The notes under the pieces were generated by a model. That model ran no database searches, was not told where the DNA came from, and saw only the letters and a program-made list of their open reading frames with translations. The translations under genes and the position numbers were made by a program. Shown here piece after piece: positions 27,667 through 37,705 of a stretch of 64,000 nt of DNA (position 1 is its first letter; each line of letters opens with the position of its first letter). This DNA comes from an uncultured virus (IMG/VR IMGVR_UViG_3300045996_002278) (taxonomy: Duplodnaviria; Heunggongvirae; Uroviricota; Caudoviricetes), in the IMG/VR virus record IMGVR_UViG_3300045996_002278; one strand, 5' to 3'.

Positions 27667-28179
27667 TTACCTCCCTGGGAGGATCAACCGGTGCTCCGCA
27701 TCGCTCCACTCGGTAAGCTGGACGTGGGGTTTGTCCCACGGCGGTTTGCCGGGCTTGTGGAAGTGGCGGAGCCCGATGTGCTCGAAGCTCTGCACCACCT
27801 TAACCAGGTCGTCCCAGGGATCATCTTTGGTCCAGGGTTTCCCGTCCTTACCCAGGGGGACGATGTCCAGGGCGCAGGCAGCAGGCTTCCCGTTCTCCAT
27901 CCACCCGTGGGCGGAGTTCTTCGCTGACCAGCTGTTCGTAACGATCGGGTCCTTGGGTCGGGCGTAGTGCTTGGGTACGCCTTTCTTGGCGCACTGCTCC
28001 GGGGTTCGGCCGGCGCCGAAGAGCCACATCTGCCGCTCGTTGGGTCGGAACACCTCGTTCACCCAGAACTCGGTGCCCATGAGGTGACGAAGGCTGTTGT
28101 GAAGAACGGGCCACCGCCCCTGGAGGAGTAGGTGGCCCTTCGTCAGATCGCGATCCGGACGGCTCAGATCTATTGGCAT
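27667..28179 (-). CDS. endolysin, peptidase M15 family
   Basis: FR...RQ..LF..GRT, VTN, SAH...ALDI, WDKPHVQ. Confidence 0.85.
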   Translation of the reverse strand: MPIDLSRPDRDLTKGHLLLQGRWPVLHNSLRHLMGTEFWVNEVFRPNERQMWLFGAGRTPEQCAKKGVPKHYARPKDPIVTNSWSAKNSAHGWMENGKPAACALDIVPLGKDGKPWTKDDPWDDLVKVVQSFEHIGLRHFHKPGKPPWDKPHVQLTEWSDAEHRLILPGR

Positions 28180-28180
28180 A

Positions 28181-28543
28181 CTACTGACCAGTTACCTCGT
28201 TACAAGAGCGGGGAATGGCGGCTGGATCGCGACGCTTCATCTCGGTGCACTGGATGTAGGTCCAGATCTCTGTGATTCGCTCGATCCGCTGGAGGCGAGC
28301 GTCCATTGCCGTGATACGGGTCGCGTTGTCGGAGATACGACCTTCGACGTACGCGCTGTCTACCTTCATCTTGACGTGGATTGCCGCAAAGGCCTCGGGC
28401 GGACCGACCAGTGCCACGCCGACACGACCAGCGATAAGGACAACGATGGTTCCTAGGCTTCCACCGAGCGCAACCATACCGCTCAGTAAGGCCATTAGGC
28501 GGGGTCCAGACCAAGGTTCGGAAAGGGCCTGCTTGATGGTCAT
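28181..28543 (-). CDS. putative holin / membrane protein
   Basis: N-terminal hydrophobic segment plus coiled region, directly upstream of the endolysin. Confidence 0.5.
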   Translation of the reverse strand: MTIKQALSEPWSGPRLMALLSGMVALGGSLGTIVVLIAGRVGVALVGPPEAFAAIHVKMKVDSAYVEGRISDNATRITAMDARLQRIERITEIWTYIQCTEMKRRDPAAIPRSCNEVTGQ

Positions 28544-28656
28544 TGTCTTACCCTAGGACAGCCAGGTTGTGGTTATGCTGATAACCTAAGGGGCGGCCAG
28601 CCTAGGATGCCGCCACCCCTGAATTTTGAGGCTTTAAGTTCTTGTTATGCTTTTAC

Positions 28657-29736
28657 TTAAGCAATCGCGAGCCCATAGACTGTGACCCTGCCAACCGTAA
28701 AGGTTCCAGCCGAAGGGAATATCTTCAGCCCCGTGATAGCATCGGTCTGCTCGAGTGACGCGCCGCCACCGTGCATCACCATGTCACCCGCGGCGGAGGT
28801 AATGGCCGTGCCCTCAACGGTTGCCAGCTTCCAGATGCTGCCGCTTGCGAGGCAGGAAAGTTCAAGCCGACTGGCGAAAGATTTCCAGGCATCGTTCCCC
28901 GTCAGATAGGAAGAGGTACCACCGTGGATGATCGGGATGGAGGTACCGGAGGCCGGGGTATTCTGGGCCGGCTGACTGGTGCCACCATCATCACCGTAAG
29001 CATTGTGGCGCCAGCGATAACCCGTGGTCCGAAGCACGCTGTTGGTGTAGAGCTGGGCGAAGGTCGAGACGGCATTATCCGACACCTGAATCCCGTCCAT
29101 CAGCACAATGACCCGGCGGTAGGGGCTGAAGTCTAAGCTGGAGAAGTCGAAGATACCACCTACCGGCGCGGCCATGTGTTGGAGAACAACCCACACCGGG
29201 TCAGTGTCGGCCGATGACTTCACCCCATAGAGGGTCGCAGAACCTCCCGCCCAGCCGGTGGATGCCGCGATCCGGATACGATCAATCGCGCCGGTCTGGT
29301 CGAGGCTGCCACCCTGGTAGGAGTTGACGAGGGCTCCGCTGGGAGAGTTCCAACAGCCATAGCCATGGTGTAGCTTGTTACGGCCAGCCCCAGGATTACG
29401 GATGATCAGGTGCATCATCCCGCACTCACCCGCCGCGTTTCCCTGGCCCCAGGTGGTCGTGGTGTCGACGCCGATGATCCGGGCGGAGGGATCGCTCGAG
29501 TCCTCGCCATCATTGTTGGCGCCGCTGGAGCTTTCTCCTCGAGTACCGTACCGATAGAGGGCGGTGTGAAGCGAGCCACCGATCCCATACTCCAGGGTGC
29601 CGCGCACGCCATCCGCTCCCGCGATAAGACCATCGAGGTGCAGGTGCAACCGGCGATAGGACCCCAGGGATAGCCCGGTGAAGTCCCATGCTCCACTGGT
29701 CGGGGTGTTGATGTGTTGAATCAGCTCGTAGCTCAC
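28657..29736 (-). CDS. virion/tail-associated protein with two tandem beta-rich repeats
   Basis: Two ~175-aa paralogous domains, each starting xDF..L....YRR and ending G..T(L/V)YG. Confidence 0.7.
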   Translation of the reverse strand: MSYELIQHINTPTSGAWDFTGLSLGSYRRLHLHLDGLIAGADGVRGTLEYGIGGSLHTALYRYGTRGESSSGANNDGEDSSDPSARIIGVDTTTTWGQGNAAGECGMMHLIIRNPGAGRNKLHHGYGCWNSPSGALVNSYQGGSLDQTGAIDRIRIAASTGWAGGSATLYGVKSSADTDPVWVVLQHMAAPVGGIFDFSSLDFSPYRRVIVLMDGIQVSDNAVSTFAQLYTNSVLRTTGYRWRHNAYGDDGGTSQPAQNTPASGTSIPIIHGGTSSYLTGNDAWKSFASRLELSCLASGSIWKLATVEGTAITSAAGDMVMHGGGASLEQTDAITGLKIFPSAGTFTVGRVTVYGLAIA

Positions 29737-30932
29737 AGGTTCACCACCTTCTGATAGGTTACCAGGGTTACGCCGGTGTGACGCTTGCCGGTCCAGTCCA
29801 CGGTCAACTGGCTGGCGCCGGTCTTGGAGATGTCGATCACCCCGTACTGGTTGTTGTTGGTGTAGCGACCCGCGCCCTGGTCGTAGGTGGCGCCACCGTG
29901 GGTCTCCGCGCCCGTGCGATCCAGGGGAGCTACCTGGAAGGTAGGGATCGGATCTCCGCCACCCGTGCTGAAGTCGTGGTTGGCGCCGGAGTCGATGGCC
30001 AGGCTGTGCATGTCCGCCGAGACGACGAGGACCCGTCCGGGCGCCTCAGCCTTGAAGTGGTCGGCCAGCTCCGTCCTTTCGGTCGTGAAGCCACCCCAGT
30101 GGTCGGCGCTAGCCGTCGCGACACCACCCCAGGTACGAGAGCACACCCAGATGAAAAGCTTGTCATCGTTCGCGGCGTCGGAGAACAGACCCTTGAACCA
30201 AGTCTTCTGGGCGGTACCCAGTATGGTCTTGGAGCTGTTATCCGTAGCAGTTCTATTGCTTGCCATACTCCGCTGATCGGTCACGATGAAGATGACCCCA
30301 AGGCCACCCACCGAGACCTCGTACGCGAAGTACGGCGCGTCGGTATCACCACTCTCGACCAAGGTGGGGCTAGGTACCACCTTACGATAGGCGCGGCAGG
30401 CACCTGCCCTGGTACCGCTGGTCGAGAAGGAGTCGTTGGGACCGAAGTCGTGGTCGTCCCAGCAGTAGAGGTTTGACATCTCACGACGGAGTTGTCCCTG
30501 CTTCGGCAGCGCCATGATCCTATCGTACGGGGCGATGTGGCTGCTGATGGTTGCTTCAACCGGCTCCTCGTAGTGCTGATCACCCATGTGGATAAAGAAC
30601 TTGGCGTTCTCTCCCCGGATGGCATCGAACACCGCGTGGTCGCTGTCCGTATCCGCGTCGCCGCTGAGACAGACCTTCAGGGTGTTGGCCGAGGCGTCAA
30701 GCATTCGGGCCTGACCAACCTGACCCGCGGCGGTTTGGAGCACACCGTCAATTTCCACCGCCAGGTAGTACAGGCTGCCGGCGGTCAGGCCGGTGATCGA
30801 GGGCTTGGCCCTGTGATTCACCGTGTTGACCGCCGAGCCGTAGGTAGGGCTGGACATATCCGAGGATAGGGACGCGGCCAGCCGCACCTCCGCGTCCATG
30901 GTCAGGTTGACCGCTACGGTAACGCCAGCCAT
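29733..30932 (-). CDS. phoD: PhoD-family alkaline phosphatase/phosphodiesterase
   Basis: HMGDQHY, WDDHDF, DQRS, ILG.AQK.WF, DHWGGF..ER, SADMH; no signal peptide. Confidence 0.85.
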   Translation of the reverse strand: MAGVTVAVNLTMDAEVRLAASLSSDMSSPTYGSAVNTVNHRAKPSITGLTAGSLYYLAVEIDGVLQTAAGQVGQARMLDASANTLKVCLSGDADTDSDHAVFDAIRGENAKFFIHMGDQHYEEPVEATISSHIAPYDRIMALPKQGQLRREMSNLYCWDDHDFGPNDSFSTSGTRAGACRAYRKVVPSPTLVESGDTDAPYFAYEVSVGGLGVIFIVTDQRSMASNRTATDNSSKTILGTAQKTWFKGLFSDAANDDKLFIWVCSRTWGGVATASADHWGGFTTERTELADHFKAEAPGRVLVVSADMHSLAIDSGANHDFSTGGGDPIPTFQVAPLDRTGAETHGGATYDQGAGRYTNNNQYGVIDISKTGASQLTVDWTGKRHTGVTLVTYQKVVNL

Positions 30933-31600
30933 TAGGACAACGCTCCTACCCAGAGGCTGACCAGCTCGGGTGTTGGGGTGTCAGGGGTTCTATCGGCGGT
31001 CTGAATGCCGTAGACGGTAACGGTTCCGCTGGTGATGATCGCATTGTTGGTAACGATCAGCATCCCGGTCAAGGGCTCGGTGGTCTCAATCGCGGCAGCC
31101 CCGTACGCCGTAATGACGTGACCCGCGGTGCTGAGCCAGACGCACCGGTGATTGACCATCTTGTACAGGGTAGCGCTGTCGAAGTTATGGATCTCAAACT
31201 CAGCATTGAAGCTGGCGCCCGAGTCTTCATCCATACCAAAGGAAGCGGTACTGCCCCCCAAGATACGAATCTCTCGCTCTGTGGTACTGGCCGTGTTGGT
31301 GCTGGCCCCAGAGCTTGAGGTAGCGAGATGGCGCCAGGGGTAGTATCCCAAGCCCAGGAGGACACCCGCGGCATAGAAGGACAGGGTAAGGAATCCCTCG
31401 GTTGCCCCAGCGTCCAGGTCGAACCGAACCTCGTCTAGCTCCACGATGATCCGGGAGTAGCCCGCGAGGTCGAGCCCGGTGATGTCGAACACCCCGTCCA
31501 CCGGCGCGGAGTAGTGGGCGATGAACACCCAGTTATCTCCCGCCGGAACTACGGGGATGTCCGCTGCCCCGGACCCACTGGCCATAATTCCTGGGATCAT
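30932..31600 (-). CDS. virion/tail-associated protein, paralog of the 28657-29736 repeat domain
   Basis: MIPGIMAS start; FDITGLDLAGYSRI...GTVTVYG. Confidence 0.7.
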   Translation of the reverse strand: MIPGIMASGSGAADIPVVPAGDNWVFIAHYSAPVDGVFDITGLDLAGYSRIIVELDEVRFDLDAGATEGFLTLSFYAAGVLLGLGYYPWRHLATSSSGASTNTASTTEREIRILGGSTASFGMDEDSGASFNAEFEIHNFDSATLYKMVNHRCVWLSTAGHVITAYGAAAIETTEPLTGMLIVTNNAIITSGTVTVYGIQTADRTPDTPTPELVSLWVGALS

Positions 31601-32748
31601 GCAGCCTCCAGATTACCGAAGAGATCCCACTCGTTCGTTCCCACCTTCTTGGCGGTAAAGGCGGCGAAAGCGCCGGACGTGAGCAAGGTCTCAGGCGTGT
31701 TGATGGTCACCCCGGTATCGGCCACGAGGGTCACCTGGCCCTGGGTGCCGATCCCGTGAATCTCCGTCCCAACCGGATAGGCCACCGAGCCGTTGGCCGG
31801 GATGGTAAAGGCGCAGCCGGCCGCGTTGGTGAACCGGATGTAGGTATTCGCGTCCCCCAGGACCCCGGTGTAGGTTGCCCCCGACTGGGTGGCCACTGGG
31901 GCAGGTACCGGATTCGCCTCCAGGGCGTCAATTCTGGTGTCAAGGTTCTGACCTTCCAGGGTATCGAGCCGACCATCCAGCAGACCCAGCTCGGTGGCGA
32001 TCTCGGCCAGGGTATCGAAGGCCGCAGCCACGCCGTTCTTGAGAGCATCAATGGCCGCGGTCACGAAGGTCTGGGTCGCGATCAATGCACCCTCGACCGT
32101 GGGCGCACCCTGGAGGTCCACATCCTCCTTGATCGTGGGGTTGGGGTACGCTCCCTCGAGGTCACCACCCGCATCTCCCTCCGGTTCCGAGCCAGAACCC
32201 GGCCGAGCGAGAATCAGCCAGCGGTCATTGTCGCCGTCCGCCACGAAGATGGTTCCTTCGAACTCGGAGTCAAGGATGCGGCTCGCGGCACCACCAATTT
32301 CTTCAACACCATCCGGTTGAACGGTAACGGTATTCGCTGAACCATCCACCTTGAAGACGGCAAAGTGGACCCCATCTACATCTGCAGCCGGAGGCAGGGT
32401 GACGACTACCGGACCAGCCGTGGCGTCGACGGTGATGACCTCATCCCCCTCCACGATCGTGTAGTCCGTAGTCTTATCCTCGACCGGGGCGTGCTTGAGG
32501 CGGAAGGTACCTTCACCACCTTCGCCACCCTCACCGATCGCAGCCTGAACCCAGGCGTCATTGGCCTCGTTGCGCACGAAGATACCCAAGATCTCCGTCC
32601 AGCCAGTATCGGCGTCGGTCTTTATCCAGGGCATTCCGGCCACCACGATGGTCGGCCAGGTGGTGAACGGGTCGGTGTTCCGGATGAATGCGAAGCCTGG
32701 GAACACGTTGAACGGCTGATTCATTACCGCTTGGTAAAGGCCAGGCAT
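31597..32748 (-). CDS. tail fiber-like protein
   Basis: KTTDYT...VDATAG.V.VTLP, AGGDLEGAYPNP, AFDTLAEIA, and C-terminal KVGTNEWDLFGNL. Confidence 0.7.
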   Translation of the reverse strand: MPGLYQAVMNQPFNVFPGFAFIRNTDPFTTWPTIVVAGMPWIKTDADTGWTEILGIFVRNEANDAWVQAAIGEGGEGGEGTFRLKHAPVEDKTTDYTIVEGDEVITVDATAGPVVVTLPPAADVDGVHFAVFKVDGSANTVTVQPDGVEEIGGAASRILDSEFEGTIFVADGDNDRWLILARPGSGSEPEGDAGGDLEGAYPNPTIKEDVDLQGAPTVEGALIATQTFVTAAIDALKNGVAAAFDTLAEIATELGLLDGRLDTLEGQNLDTRIDALEANPVPAPVATQSGATYTGVLGDANTYIRFTNAAGCAFTIPANGSVAYPVGTEIHGIGTQGQVTLVADTGVTINTPETLLTSGAFAAFTAKKVGTNEWDLFGNLEAA

Positions 32749-32749
32749 G

Positions 32750-33007
32750 TTAGCTCTCCGGAATCCAAAGGATCATGAAGTGGGGACAGTCCAGCGCGTC
32801 CCAGGTGTAGACAGGCTGGGGATCGCTGGTGTCCCCGTTCGTAACGTTCTCGTAGTGACCCGTGGGGATGGACTCCTGCCACGTCACCTGCCTCGTCTCG
32901 GTGTCGATGGTCGCAACGAGCGTTCCAGGCGTCCCCAGGGCAGGCAAACCCTGGAGACCCTCGATGTCTGACCACCAACCTCCGCCAATCCTGGTATCTT
33001 CAGCCAT
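32750..33007 (-). CDS. hypothetical tail-region protein
   Basis: 85-aa ORF tightly packed in the tail operon. Confidence 0.55.
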   Translation of the reverse strand: MAEDTRIGGGWWSDIEGLQGLPALGTPGTLVATIDTETRQVTWQESIPTGHYENVTNGDTSDPQPVYTWDALDCPHFMILWIPES

Positions 33008-33009
33008 AG

Positions 33010-36000
33010 TTAGTCCTGACTCGCGTAGTAATCGCGAAGGCGACGGAGTGAATCCATGAATCCAGGTTGAGATACCAGACCCAGTTCCCAGCGCCAGCCA
33101 CCCATCATGATGGACTTCAGGCTGCCGAAGTTTGTCGCCAGAATCCGGCCATCAGTGTCCAGCTCCGCGGGAGTGACGTAGCGCGGGCTTGGGCCGGACG
33201 GTCCCAGGTAGTGCTTGTAGTGGATGCCGATAACCAGACCGTGCCCGAAGTCCGCGGCCGCCGTAAGCTCCGTGTTTCGGTACGTCGTGGGGTTGCCCCG
33301 TGGCTTGTGATACTCCGCCCACATGTGGTCCAAACCCGACATCTTTCGAACGTACCAGTCGTTCGTTGGATTGATCCGTAGCAAGGTCGGGATGCTGGGG
33401 AAGTAGGTCTTGCACGCGATCATCACCCGCTCGATCTCAGCGTAGGCGATAGATCCCCCGTACCGTTCGTCGGCCCGGTTCGGTTCATCCAGGACGTAGT
33501 GCGCGAACAGCCGTCGCTTGGTGAACGGTGCCTGAGCCAGGGCGGCCTTGTTCAGGATGTTCCGGGCGCTGACGTTGGAGTACATCTCCTCGATCAGATC
33601 AATGTGCAGGTCTGCCTTGTAGCGCCCCGAACCATCCTTCCACGAGTCCTGAGGACCGAAGAATCCAGTGAGGTAGGTATCCGCCGCCTCACACTCGAGC
33701 AAGAGGTTTTCAACGTTCTGGGGTGTCAGACCCATAATGGTCTGGTTCCAGTAGCCGTATCCCTCGTTGCTGATGTTGTGGATACCGAACGGCCGCGCCC
33801 CACCAGTAGGAGGCGGTGGGAACGGACCCACAGGAGGAACTGGCGGCACCTCATCCGGATCATCCGGGTCCTCTTCCTCCGGCAGACCCGTACCTTCGCA
33901 GTAGCCAAGGTTGCTGAAGGTGGCTGTCGCAGAACCGCCGCCAACGATCGTAAGTTCCCAGGTCGAGACGTAGAACTCTGGTTCGCTGCCGAAGAGGGAG
34001 GTTCCCGGATTGGTGAACATCACCCGGCACGTCGTCGTCTCGGCCGTCGCAATCCTCGAGGTGTTCTGCATGTGCTCGGTACCGTTCCACGCCTCGGCGT
34101 CGGACTCGGAACCGCAGGAGAGAACCTGGCTTGCCGGGTGCCACCAGGAGCCGTTGTGCATGCCCCAGGACTTCAGGATTAGCTCCGCCCCAACCGGGCA
34201 GGCAAAGTCCTTGTAGATTCGACAGTTACCGGCGCCCCCTCGCCGGTTGAACTCTACCGAGCTATCGGAGGGGCCAACATCTTGCCCGTGGTTCCAGGTG
34301 ATGAAGTTAGGCGAGTTGTTCTCGACCACCCAGCCGTCTGCCTCGGCCGCCGCCTGGTTGGCGTAGGTTCCCACGTTGCCGGACTGGCTGCTGCCGCTTC
34401 CCGCCGAGGTAACGTCCTCCAGACCGTAACGGATCGTGATGCTGCCGCCTCCATCAGAGATGCCCCGGGCGATCAGCAGCTCGGTGGTATTGATCTCTGT
34501 TACCTCGTCTCGATCACCGCCAACGACCTCAAGGAACGCACCAAGAGGAAGGAAGTCAACCTCCGCCTCGATATAGAAGGTGTGCTGCTTGTCAGGGGTC
34601 AGACCGGTCTTGACAAGGGTCCAGATGTTGTCCCCTGTGCCGCCACCAGTAACGGTGGCTTCTGCTGAGCTAGCCGTCCGTGACCACGACACCCCGGTCT
34701 CATCGCCGCCGGACCACCCGGTAGACATGTCAATAGCGATAGGTGTGTCACAGCTACCCGGATCAGGCGGGGTCGGATCTGTCGGAGGATCTACCGGGTC
34801 CGGGAGACCGGGGAGCAGCTGAAGTACGATACGAGGAGACACGATCGTCTTAAGCTCGTCGCCATCGCACCCGAATGTTACGCCTCGCAGACGAACGTCT
34901 CGCCGAGCATCGTCCGCGATCAAGACGTATTCCCCTGGAACAGCTAGATCGTAGTCCGGGGAGATGGAGTCCGGGTCCAGAGGATAGTTCGGCCCTTCGT
35001 CCAGATCCAGGAATCCCCACTGCAAGGAATCGGGGTCCTGGAACTGCACGGCCGTATACGCCCCCACGGGTAGGGTGCTGGATTCCGCCACCGCCACGAT
35101 CCGGGCGCGGCTGAAGCTGGTTAGGTCGAAATGGGTCTGGTTGCTACCCGTCCCCGTAATCTCCTGAATATCTTCGGGCAACCCCTTCCAGCGCTTGGTA
35201 ACGGTGGCGCCGAAGATAACGATCTCGATAGGACTCTGAACACCTCCACCACCGGGTGGCTCAGGTGGCTCGGTCGGGAAGTCGCCCGTCAGGGTCAGGA
35301 CACCCTCGGCTCGGCCATCGTCACCCGAGCAGCGGAGGTAGTCGACCTGCCACTCGAGGACCGCGCTCTGGCCTTCCGTGATCCCGGTGACGGTGATGTC
35401 GTAGGTGAAGGTATCCCCAACCGCCTCGACCTCATCCAGAACGGTCCAGTCGCTGAACGCGCCTCCCTCGAGCTGTACCCGGTACCGTACTTGGGTATGG
35501 CGGCGCTGCGGGTCGGACACCGTGATGGCCACCGCCCACTCGGTCGCATCCTCCTCGACCGGCGTGCCCGCGGCCGTGATGGTCGGCTCGACACAGGTCG
35601 GGTCGGTCGGTGGACCTTCCGGCTCGCACGTGATCCAGGGGGTGAGGTCACCATCCTCATACTGGGCGTCCACCAGCTGGGCCTGGTAGTACTTGCCGGT
35701 GGTCGCCGTGTCGTAGAAAGTGGTCGTGCCCGGGAAGTCATCCACCAGGACCCGGTTGGTGCCGGAGGCGTCATCCGCCTGCCAGAGCCGGATGGTGAAG
35801 TTCGTATCCGACGGGAAGAAGGCGATTCGAACGTTGTCACCGCCCAGACCGCAGGCGATGGCGATGTTGGGCGCCTTGGTCCGGCTCGAGGGGTCCTCGA
35901 TATTTCCGCCCGGGATACCGAACAGGTTGTCGGAGAAGACGTCCTCGATCACGTTCACCGTGATGGTATCCGAGACCAGATCATCCAGCTCGATGGACAC

Positions 36001-37704
36001 CACCCGGAACACCTTGTCGGCGTTCAATCCCTTCTCAGGGAAGTTGGGAAGGCACGGTGACCCGGGCAGGAGGGCGTGCCCCGTCCGGTTCATCTTGAAG
36101 GAACCGGTCTCGAGGGGAACCGCCTGCATCCGGAGCTGACGGGCAACACCCCACAGGGCCGTGAACTCCCGGGTGTAGAACGGGAAGTCCAGGGTGACCG
36201 AGCGGATCTCTCGGGTGAGCTGCTGATTGCCCAGATCCTGGTCCTGGACCGTCGACTCCTTGAAGCCGAAGTAGGGCGGGTTGCTGACGTAGCTGATGAT
36301 GATCCGGTCGCCCGCGTCGATGTTCGGGTTATCCCCGTAATCGAAGAAGAAGATGGTGCCGCGGTTGTTGCGGAACTCGTAGTCCGTGCCCTCGGTCAGG
36401 GTGATGGACTTGGTGGTGTTGGTGACCGTCACCTCCGTGGGGGCCGTTCCGTTGATCTGGTACATTGCCCACGGCGCGTCCCGGTAGCCGGTTACGAGGT
36501 CGAAGACCTTCCCCCAGACCAGAGACTCGGTGATCACCTCGTCGGTGACCGGGCCGGACACACCTTCCAGAAACTCGTTGTAGGTGAGCTTGACCTCGTT
36601 GTTCGTGGCCTGCGCCTCACCCTTCTTGAAGCTCTCGTCCCAGGCGTTGTCCTCGTTGATCTCGAGCAGGTCCTCGATCTCGTAGTCACCCCTGACCAAT
36701 TTCACCGTCAGGAGACCCGTGGTCGTGCTCCAGAACAGCACCCCGTTGATGTGACGGAGGACGTCGTCAATTACATCCTCGATCGCGTCCTGCTGGTCAA
36801 TGGTGACCGAGACGCCGAGCCCCTCGTCCTTACAGGTCTGGGCAGCCGTCTGGAACGACGCGAAGTCGATCAGGGTCGGCAGGATGTCGCCACCCTTGAG
36901 GTGGTTCGTGCAGAGGTCGTAGATGATCTCTAGGGGGTTAGCGTCCTCCCCGATCCGGCTGTCGTCGTAGCTGCCCAGGAGGTTGGTCGGGATACACTGG
37001 ACGATGAACACCCAGCCCGGCGGTGTGGGCGCGGCTCCCCAGTAGAACTGACCATCGGGCACGCCCGTCTCGTAGCCGGAGGGCAGGCCCACCACCGCGG
37101 GATCATCACCCCAGCATCCATAGCAAACGTTCGGCCGGCCGGGCGCCCGATCCTCACCATGGATGTAGCGGGAGAGCGGTAGAACCGCCTGGGACTCCAT
37201 GCCCCAGCTGAAGGTGAACCAGCCCTCGATGCCGCCACCCTGGGTCTGCCCGCCGAACAGGTCACGTGCCGCGATGTAGAAGGAGACCGACTCCCCAAGG
37301 GAAGGACGGGTAAGTGGCAGGGGTTCGGAGGTGATGTAGTCCAGCTGTCCCTGCCAGGAGCTGGTTCGCGTAACCTTCTTGCCCCGCAGGCTCTTCTCCT
37401 CGACGATGATGTCGATCAGCTTGTCGATGGGACCATGGCAGATACGCATGATGGCCCGGGCGTTGTACCGGGTCCACTCATCATCATCCCCGTCCTTCTG
37501 AATCACGGGGTCCTTGAAGGCCACCACGTTCGGCTTGACCGCCCCGATCCCGTACACGATGGTCAGGGGGCGTCCATCCTCAGCGGTAGGTATCTGCATC
37601 TCCGACGGCTTCTGACGGCTCTTCGACCGGCGGTTGAACAGCGCGCGATAGAGGAGCCCGACGCCAATCTGGATGGCGACCAGGGCAATCAGGTTAATGG
37701 CCAT
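33010..37704 (-). CDS. tail tip / host-specificity protein (Phage-tail_3-like) with accessory domains
   Basis: PTAEDGRP..IVYG, DANP...IYD, IDFASF..AA....DEGLG; Pro-rich linkers; C-terminal YVLDEPN domain. Confidence 0.85.
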   Translation of the reverse strand: MAINLIALVAIQIGVGLLYRALFNRRSKSRQKPSEMQIPTAEDGRPLTIVYGIGAVKPNVVAFKDPVIQKDGDDDEWTRYNARAIMRICHGPIDKLIDIIVEEKSLRGKKVTRTSSWQGQLDYITSEPLPLTRPSLGESVSFYIAARDLFGGQTQGGGIEGWFTFSWGMESQAVLPLSRYIHGEDRAPGRPNVCYGCWGDDPAVVGLPSGYETGVPDGQFYWGAAPTPPGWVFIVQCIPTNLLGSYDDSRIGEDANPLEIIYDLCTNHLKGGDILPTLIDFASFQTAAQTCKDEGLGVSVTIDQQDAIEDVIDDVLRHINGVLFWSTTTGLLTVKLVRGDYEIEDLLEINEDNAWDESFKKGEAQATNNEVKLTYNEFLEGVSGPVTDEVITESLVWGKVFDLVTGYRDAPWAMYQINGTAPTEVTVTNTTKSITLTEGTDYEFRNNRGTIFFFDYGDNPNIDAGDRIIISYVSNPPYFGFKESTVQDQDLGNQQLTREIRSVTLDFPFYTREFTALWGVARQLRMQAVPLETGSFKMNRTGHALLPGSPCLPNFPEKGLNADKVFRVVSIELDDLVSDTITVNVIEDVFSDNLFGIPGGNIEDPSSRTKAPNIAIACGLGGDNVRIAFFPSDTNFTIRLWQADDASGTNRVLVDDFPGTTTFYDTATTGKYYQAQLVDAQYEDGDLTPWITCEPEGPPTDPTCVEPTITAAGTPVEEDATEWAVAITVSDPQRRHTQVRYRVQLEGGAFSDWTVLDEVEAVGDTFTYDITVTGITEGQSAVLEWQVDYLRCSGDDGRAEGVLTLTGDFPTEPPEPPGGGGVQSPIEIVIFGATVTKRWKGLPEDIQEITGTGSNQTHFDLTSFSRARIVAVAESSTLPVGAYTAVQFQDPDSLQWGFLDLDEGPNYPLDPDSISPDYDLAVPGEYVLIADDARRDVRLRGVTFGCDGDELKTIVSPRIVLQLLPGLPDPVDPPTDPTPPDPGSCDTPIAIDMSTGWSGGDETGVSWSRTASSAEATVTGGGTGDNIWTLVKTGLTPDKQHTFYIEAEVDFLPLGAFLEVVGGDRDEVTEINTTELLIARGISDGGGSITIRYGLEDVTSAGSGSSQSGNVGTYANQAAAEADGWVVENNSPNFITWNHGQDVGPSDSSVEFNRRGGAGNCRIYKDFACPVGAELILKSWGMHNGSWWHPASQVLSCGSESDAEAWNGTEHMQNTSRIATAETTTCRVMFTNPGTSLFGSEPEFYVSTWELTIVGGGSATATFSNLGYCEGTGLPEEEDPDDPDEVPPVPPVGPFPPPPTGGARPFGIHNISNEGYGYWNQTIMGLTPQNVENLLLECEAADTYLTGFFGPQDSWKDGSGRYKADLHIDLIEEMYSNVSARNILNKAALAQAPFTKRRLFAHYVLDEPNRADERYGGSIAYAEIERVMIACKTYFPSIPTLLRINPTNDWYVRKMSGLDHMWAEYHKPRGNPTTYRNTELTAAADFGHGLVIGIHYKHYLGPSGPSPRYVTPAELDTDGRILATNFGSLKSIMMGGWRWELGLVSQPGFMDSLRRLRDYYASQD

Positions 37705-37705
37705 G

